DNA of 51,379 nucleotides. It comes from a virus (taxonomy: Duplodnaviria; Caudoviricetes). Of the stretch, positions 46,108-51,379 are shown in pieces; within the stretch, counting starts at the first letter, position 1; each line of letters opens with the position of its first letter. A model generated the notes under the pieces. That model saw nothing but the letters and a program-made list of their open reading frames with translations, searched no databases and was not told where the DNA came from. The stretch is from positions 1 to 51,379 of IMG/VR virus record IMGVR_UViG_3300032212_000013. One strand, 5' to 3'. Both the position numbers and the translations under genes were made by a program.

Positions 46108-46240
46108 TGTTTGCCTTTACTAATAGGTAGAGTATTAACATTGAGTTTAGCCATATACAGAAGGTGCTGACTACTTGTATGCACACCCACATGATTAGGA
46201 ACGTGTTGTTAATTTTAGGCTCGTTGTCTTCGTCAAACAC
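46100..46240 (-). CDS. Small membrane protein, 46 aa (not in ORF track)
   Basis: GTG start after GGAGAGG; hydrophobic; fills the gap. Confidence 0.45.
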   Translation of the reverse strand: MFDEDNEPKINNTFLIMWVCIQVVSTFCIWLNSMLILYLLVKANNG

Positions 46241-47312
46241 CTAACCTCTCCTTACTAATCTCTTTGAAGGTGTCGTAGACCTTACTGACATATGTGTTCT
46301 TTAGGTGCTTCTCGTAGTCTAGCCCGTTGCTTTGAAGGTAACACGCCTTCTTAAAGTCACAGTCAATACAACCCAGGAAAGGGACGTTAGGCATATACCT
46401 AAGAGACTTAGGGGCTGTGACCTCGAACTTCATGTGGGCTATAACGGAAGCTAGGATCTTAGGCACCTCCTCTAAGTAGCCCTCTGAATATGGCAGTGTC
46501 ACTCTGTTAAAGTAGTCTGCTTGCCTACCCTCGAAGTGTTTGATGATCTTCTTATAAGATCCTAGGTCTAGGTCTAGTCTAGCAACCTCTTCTAGGTAAA
46601 GCTGTGAAGTAGTCCACTGGTTTTTTGCCTTACTTAGTTGACCGTTCTTTAGTGTCGCTGGCACTACAGGCTCTTGCTTTAGTATACCGTCGTAGATAAA
46701 CCCTTTGAAAGTCTGAGGGAATATCTGTGAGGCTACCCAGCTATAAGACCTGAACTGCATGTTAGGGTGCAAGGCTTCTGCGCCCTTCTTTTTACTGTAG
46801 CTCTTATGGTCTGCTAGGTAAAGGTCGTCACCCTTTACAAAGACTTTGTCGAGCTTACCCACATAGTAATCTCCAGGGCTTCCTGGGATAGGGATCTCAA
46901 AGGGCTGCTCTATGCCTATGCACTCGAAGCCTTCAAAAAGATCGTTGCCATAGTAGTCAACGTAGTTCTTGTATACAGAGAAGGCTTTCTTAGCTGCTTC
47001 AAAGAAGAGGTCAGTTTCTTGTGTAGATAAAGAACAGCCGACTATCTTTACATACTCAGTCTCATACTCTTTAATCTTTTCAAGTAGCCACTGACCTACC
47101 TTAACTGATACCTGCGTAGTGCTAACGTTACCGGGCAGCATGTCTAGGTGTATATCAATATGCTTGTGTATCATGTCACCGAATAAGAACGGTGCTCTAG
47201 GCATGCCTGCCTTTACTAAACTCCTTTGGTTAGGGGATTGATAGTTCCATTTACGTTTGCACCTTTGAAAGTTTTGTATGTCGCTTATACTTACAATCAA
47301 GTTATGCCTCAT
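46233..47312 (-). CDS. PD-(D/E)XK Cas4/RecB-like exonuclease
   Basis: FQRCKRKW, EQPF, GKLD, ADHKS, QFRSY and C-terminal CIDCDFKKAC. Confidence 0.85.
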   Translation of the reverse strand: MRHNLIVSISDIQNFQRCKRKWNYQSPNQRSLVKAGMPRAPFLFGDMIHKHIDIHLDMLPGNVSTTQVSVKVGQWLLEKIKEYETEYVKIVGCSLSTQETDLFFEAAKKAFSVYKNYVDYYGNDLFEGFECIGIEQPFEIPIPGSPGDYYVGKLDKVFVKGDDLYLADHKSYSKKKGAEALHPNMQFRSYSWVASQIFPQTFKGFIYDGILKQEPVVPATLKNGQLSKAKNQWTTSQLYLEEVARLDLDLGSYKKIIKHFEGRQADYFNRVTLPYSEGYLEEVPKILASVIAHMKFEVTAPKSLRYMPNVPFLGCIDCDFKKACYLQSNGLDYEKHLKNTYVSKVYDTFKEISKERLGV

Positions 47313-47625
47313 GATCTGTTACGCAAGCCCACTCATCGCCGCTCGCTAACTCACACTCAATGTTACAAGGACCACCGCAGTCCCTATAAGTCTCATACCT
47401 ACAGATACTATCTATAGTTCCTGAAGCTACCTTCAAAGCTCTCGCCATTACTGTTCTGTGCACACCCTTTATAAAGTGCTGGTGCCTTATAGCTTTGGCT
47501 TGCTTGTCAGTAAGCTTCCTCTTTGTCCTGTTCCTTTCTGCCAGGACTATGGCCTTAGGTCTAACCCCAGGCCTTCTAACGTATTGAGCCTTTCTAGCTC
47601 TCTTCAGCTTCTCATAAAAGTCCAT
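47302..47625 (-). CDS. HTH DNA-binding protein
   Basis: KLTDKQAKAIR...MARALKVASGTIDSICRYETY. Confidence 0.65.
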   Translation of the reverse strand: MDFYEKLKRARKAQYVRRPGVRPKAIVLAERNRTKRKLTDKQAKAIRHQHFIKGVHRTVMARALKVASGTIDSICRYETYRDCGGPCNIECELASGDEWACVTDHEA

Positions 47626-47693
47626 TTCTGACCTCCAAGAAATTAGACGATATCATTTGTTGACAAGATTTGACAATAAAAAATTAAATCTTT

Positions 47694-47861
47694 TCACACT
47701 TCGTAACAGCAGAAGTTCACGCCCTTCTCGCAGCATTGGCAGAGAGTCTCCCAGTCGTCGTTTACCTCGGTCTTGAAAGGGCATGTATGAGGTTTGATAG
47801 ACTCGTGGTCAAGTCTACAGCCAGTTACCTCGTTACAACCTTTTGTTTCTTCCTCGTTCAC
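47694..47861 (-). CDS. Small cysteine-rich protein
   Basis: HTCPFKTEV...CQCCEKG; GTG start after GGAGGA. Confidence 0.55.
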   Translation of the reverse strand: MNEEETKGCNEVTGCRLDHESIKPHTCPFKTEVNDDWETLCQCCEKGVNFCCYEV

Positions 47862-49183
47862 TATTCCTCCTTTAGCTCTTGAAGTATTAGAAGTTCCTCG
47901 TTGACGTTGCCTCTTTCGTTCGCTAACCTCCATATTCTAGTGTCTAGGGTTCCTTTTACACACACTACAAAAACTCTCACAGTGTTCTTTTGCCCGAATC
48001 GCACACACCTACCTATGCCTTGCTCGTTGTCAGCCATGGTCCAGTGAGCGTCCAGAAATATTATCGTGTCACAGTGCTGCCAGTTGTTACCTTCATTCAC
48101 AGATTTAAGTGTGGCCGATAGCACTTTGGCTTTACCCTTCCAGTCCCTGACTGTAGCTTCCCTCTCCCTCATAGGTGTATCCCCAGTTATGAGGAGGCAC
48201 TTTAGCTCCTGTGCTACTTTCTTAGCGTTGTCTTTATACCATGAGTAGATCAGCACTTTACCCGGCGCGTCTTTTACTATATCCTTTATAGCCTGTAGCT
48301 TTGGGTTCTGTTTGCCTGGAGGGTTGATGAGCATCTTCCTCATGTTGGCTATCAGGTCTGCACTAGCTAGACAGTCTACCCTCTTGTCTCCTATCTCCGC
48401 TACGTAGTTCTTTTTACAATAACGGTAAGCTTTGTATAGCTTGCTAGAAGGCTCTACTATTACCTTGGTTATAGAATACTCAGGCCAGGGTATGTCACAG
48501 TCATCTGGCGAGCGCATCATAACTCTGTCAGATATAGACCGGTAGCTTTCCTCCTTGTTCTTTAGCTTTCCTATCTGTGTGTCAAAGGGTGTCTTTGTTG
48601 TGCGGCAATGTTCCTCTACAAACCTCCAGTAAGAGGAGTATGTTTGTGGGTCACACAATTTAAGAGGAGAGAATAGGTCTCCGAAATTCTTGATTATAGG
48701 TGTGGCAGTTAGGATAGCACAGTGCTCTGTCTTTAATCTCCTAGCATTCTTGGAGGTGTTGCTCCCCTGGTTCCTCAACCTGTGCGCCTCGTCATAGACT
48801 ACACACCCCCACCGTATCTTAAACAGGCTCTTTAGTTTGGGGAACGTGAAGCTTCTATTGTTCTTTACTTGCTTAACCATTTGCCTAAGCATACCGTAGG
48901 AAGTTATAAGGAAGTCGTAGTCACTAGTTATGACTGCTTCTTTATCCTTAGCTTTAGAGTCTAGCCTAGAAACCTCAGCCCCAGGAAAAATTTTTTTAAT
49001 TTCCTCCTCCCAATTAGCTATCAGGTATGCTGGGCATACAACTAGTCGTTTACCTTCACAGAACCTAGCAAAGACTATGGCAGGGAAGGTCTTACCGACA
49101 CCACACTTATCAGCTAGTATAGACTTCTTAGCAGTTAGCATAAAATCTACAGCCTCATGCTGGTGTTTGTGTAGTTTTATCAT
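47861..49183 (-). CDS. SNF2-family helicase
   Basis: LADKCGVGKT, DEAH, LTATP and QGIGRCVRFGQ; start moved to MIKLH. Confidence 0.9.
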   Translation of the reverse strand: MIKLHKHQHEAVDFMLTAKKSILADKCGVGKTFPAIVFARFCEGKRLVVCPAYLIANWEEEIKKIFPGAEVSRLDSKAKDKEAVITSDYDFLITSYGMLRQMVKQVKNNRSFTFPKLKSLFKIRWGCVVYDEAHRLRNQGSNTSKNARRLKTEHCAILTATPIIKNFGDLFSPLKLCDPQTYSSYWRFVEEHCRTTKTPFDTQIGKLKNKEESYRSISDRVMMRSPDDCDIPWPEYSITKVIVEPSSKLYKAYRYCKKNYVAEIGDKRVDCLASADLIANMRKMLINPPGKQNPKLQAIKDIVKDAPGKVLIYSWYKDNAKKVAQELKCLLITGDTPMREREATVRDWKGKAKVLSATLKSVNEGNNWQHCDTIIFLDAHWTMADNEQGIGRCVRFGQKNTVRVFVVCVKGTLDTRIWRLANERGNVNEELLILQELKEE

Positions 49184-49494
49184 GTGGTCCTTCTCCCCCA
49201 TACCTCTACAGCTATTGGGGATTCGCTTAACCATTTCCGAGCAGGGTATAACCAACGATCCATTTCACATATCTCAGTTATAGGACCTATATAGGGGGAA
49301 TAACCCTCTTGGTCTTTCTTAAACTCCCAAGCTTCCACTAAATTCTTATACCCAAATACAGCTAAATGACATAAGAATATTGGCTCACCTTTAATACCTA
49401 ACCTAGCCTCTCGTAAACTGACTAACCTTCTTAGGCAGAAGTTACCTGGATCTTTATCTAGCTCTCTCTTTAGGTGTGATAGTCCACTGTCCAT
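49180..49494 (-). CDS. Hypothetical protein
   Basis: 104 aa ORF coupled to the helicase (ATGA). Confidence 0.6.
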   Translation of the reverse strand: MDSGLSHLKRELDKDPGNFCLRRLVSLREARLGIKGEPIFLCHLAVFGYKNLVEAWEFKKDQEGYSPYIGPITEICEMDRWLYPARKWLSESPIAVEVWGRRTT

Positions 49495-49508
49495 TTATTT
49501 ACCCCCAC

Positions 49509-49543
49509 AAAAAAAGAGTGTGCTCTGTTTAGAGCACACTCTT
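49509..49543 (-). terminator. Rho-independent terminator
   Basis: AAGAGTGTGCTCT/AGAGCACACTCTT stem plus T run on the minus strand. Confidence 0.8.
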
Positions 49544-49569
49544 AGGCTTGGCATACATGTAGGTTAGGT

Positions 49570-50118
49570 TCAAGCGGCAGCTTCAGCTTGTGCTTTCTTG
49601 AAGGCCTCGAACTCAGCTCGTTGTGCAGCGAACTCAGCATACTCGGCTTTTTCTTTACGCACTCGCTCTTGACGCTTAGCTTGTGCTGCTCTAAGCTTCT
49701 CTCGGTGCTCGTCAGAGATCTTACGGCCCTTCATCTTGGACTCGTTCTCTTTGTAGTGCTCTTTCATACGCTGTGATTGCGCGTCACGTCGCTCTTGTGT
49801 CCACTCCGTCTTGCGACGGTTCTCTTTCTTCCAGGCTTTGAGAGCTTCGAGTCGTGAGGTGATTTCGAGCTGGTTCTCTTCGGTGTCTTCAAGCTCCATG
49901 AACACCAGGAGGTGACGCATGGTCATGTTGTATTGCTTTTCTTTCGGGGCAGAAGGTGCTACTTCTTTGGGCGCTTCTTCTGCTGCTGGAACTTCTGGTG
50001 CTTCTTCTTCGGGTGTCTCGACAGCCACTTCGGCCTCCTTTGGTTGTTCTTTTTTGGTTGACTTCTTCTTCGGAGCCGCTTTTTTAGCAGCTGGTTTCTT
50101 TTTAGCTTTAGGTGCCAT
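49570..50118 (-). CDS. Lys/Ala/Pro-rich putative DNA-binding protein with a NUMOD3-like motif
   Basis: MAPKAKKKPAAKKAAPKKK N-terminus; KMKGRKISDEHREKLRAA. Confidence 0.7.
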   Translation of the reverse strand: MAPKAKKKPAAKKAAPKKKSTKKEQPKEAEVAVETPEEEAPEVPAAEEAPKEVAPSAPKEKQYNMTMRHLLVFMELEDTEENQLEITSRLEALKAWKKENRRKTEWTQERRDAQSQRMKEHYKENESKMKGRKISDEHREKLRAAQAKRQERVRKEKAEYAEFAAQRAEFEAFKKAQAEAAA

Positions 50119-50151
50119 GAGTTTCTCCTAGGTCGTTGGTTACTGAGAAAG

Positions 50152-50180
50152 ATATTAGCAAAGCAAACAAGCTTTGTCCA
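50152..50180 (-). promoter_or_regulatory. Sigma70-type promoter for the leftward replication arm
   Basis: Minus strand TGGACA-17 bp-TAATAT with an extended TG and upstream T tracts. Confidence 0.5.
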
Positions 50181-50334
50181 ATAATAAAAAATAAATTTTA
50201 CCTCATAGCCCACGACTTCGAGGCAAAAACAAAAAAGTGATTTTGTGCTGTGTGTTTTTGAAAAGTTTTGTTAATCTTTTAGCTGAGATTGAATATCTCA
50301 AGGCAAAGGCACTACATAGAGAGGTAATTGATTA

Positions 50335-51241
50335 ATGAAGAAATCTAAAACACCCACTATCAGCTCCCCAATTGAGTTTTTAAGAGCGATCTTTCCTATC
50401 AATATAAAAGGATGGGTCAGATTAGTATTTGTTAAAGAAGGTAAATGGCCCGGTGATCTCCGCTGGCTATCAGTAGAAGAGATACACACGCTCAGCAATG
50501 TAGAGACACCAGAAGGTTATGACTGTTACTTTACACCGCACACCTACAAGCAACGAGAGAACGCAGCTAAAGATAAAGCTGGTGACTTTGGTTGCTGTCT
50601 TTGGATGGACAGTGACGAGCAGTTTTGGTCTCCTTGGATGGTTGCTGAAGCCCCTCCCTCATTAGTAGTGCAGACCTCTCCAGGTAAGCACCATGCGTAC
50701 TGGCTCTTGGACAAGCCTTACCCATTGAGTGACGTTGAAGGAATCAACAAGCGCATAGCACACAACTACCTTAAGGTAGACAAGTCTGGCTGGGATATTT
50801 CTCAACTGCTTAGGCTTCCTTTCACTAAGAACAATAAATACTCAGAGCGTTACGACGTGGAGCTTGTAGAAGACTATCAAGACCCCTCTGAGAAGTGTAG
50901 TTTAGATACGTTTGTCACCCTGCCCTCAGTCAGTCATTCCACTGAGCAAAAGCAACACTCTTTACCCTGTGACCAAGACTTAGAAAGTAAAGAGTTTATC
51001 ACGTATAAGTATAAGTCTCTTATTACTGACGACCACAGAACCTTAATGGACTCTGAGGGAGAGGACCGCTCTCTTACACTGTGGAGGCTATACCATGCTT
51101 GTAAGGATATTGGGATGACACGAGAGGAGTGTTACGTTATAGCTCGTGACTCTCCCAATAATAAGTTTACCGGCTACCGTAGGGACGGTAACTTTTATCT
51201 TTGGCGCGACGTTTGCCAGTCCTACCACAGGAAGGAAGCCC
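50335..51241 (+). CDS. Primase-helicase, N-terminal RepB-like primase part (not in ORF track)
   Basis: Hand translation MKKSKTP...LWMDSD...PSLVVQTSPGKHHAYW...QLLRLPFTKNNKY; continues in frame into 1..1502. Confidence 0.85.
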
Positions 51242-51379
51242 CAGGTCACGTCCTACAGAAAGTCTTGTTCTATATTAATAGAGCCAAGAACATTACCATA
51301 CAAGAGCGCAAACAGAAGGTTAGCGAGGTTGTGTGGGAGGACATGAATATCAAGGGCAGGTTCTTAGTTAGTAAGACCG
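51242..51379. repeat. Terminal direct repeat, right copy
   Basis: Copy of 1-138. Confidence 0.97.

Noticed and set aside
46233-47312. Cas4 as part of a CRISPR system
   Set aside because: It sits in the usual phage nuclease-Sak4-SSB recombination module; no array or other cas genes.
1-51379. Stop-codon reassignment
   Set aside because: Long genes read uninterrupted in the standard code, and TAA, TAG and TGA all end genes next to downstream starts.

Overview
The window is an apparently complete, circularly assembled dsDNA tailed-phage genome of about 51,241 bp: bases 1-138 recur at 51242-51379 with one mismatch. It looks like a siphovirus (tape measure, tail tube, no sheath) and is probably lytic, since I see no integrase. 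Layout: (i) a primase-helicase spanning the assembly junction (50335 to 1502), whose N-terminal part the ORF track misses; (ii) a minus-strand 'early' region (1.5-9.1 kb) of about 25 small genes (DUF6011, DUF2786, GP88-like), punctuated by related long hairpins sitting just upstream of ribosome-binding sites and by two tRNA-like T-loop elements; (iii) a ~1.6 kb ORF-free switch region (9.1-10.75 kb) holding a ~660 nt densely structured candidate ncRNA, FadR/GntR-type palindromes and polarised short repeats; (iv) a plus-strand late arm (10.8-40.1 kb) with terminase, ~9 kb of extra membrane, fibre and decoration genes before the portal, then head, tail (-1 frameshift chaperone), tape measure and tail tip; (v) a minus-strand replication arm (40.1-50.1 kb) with a sigma-like factor, UDG-fused PolA, RuvC-like resolvase, DUF669 SSB, Sak4, Cas4-like nuclease and SNF2 helicase. 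The head module recalls Planctomycete prophage head clusters (unverified inference). The best candidates for new biology are the large structured RNA and the hairpin/tRNA-like punctuation of the early gene array. All family calls are by-eye motif recognition, not database searches.
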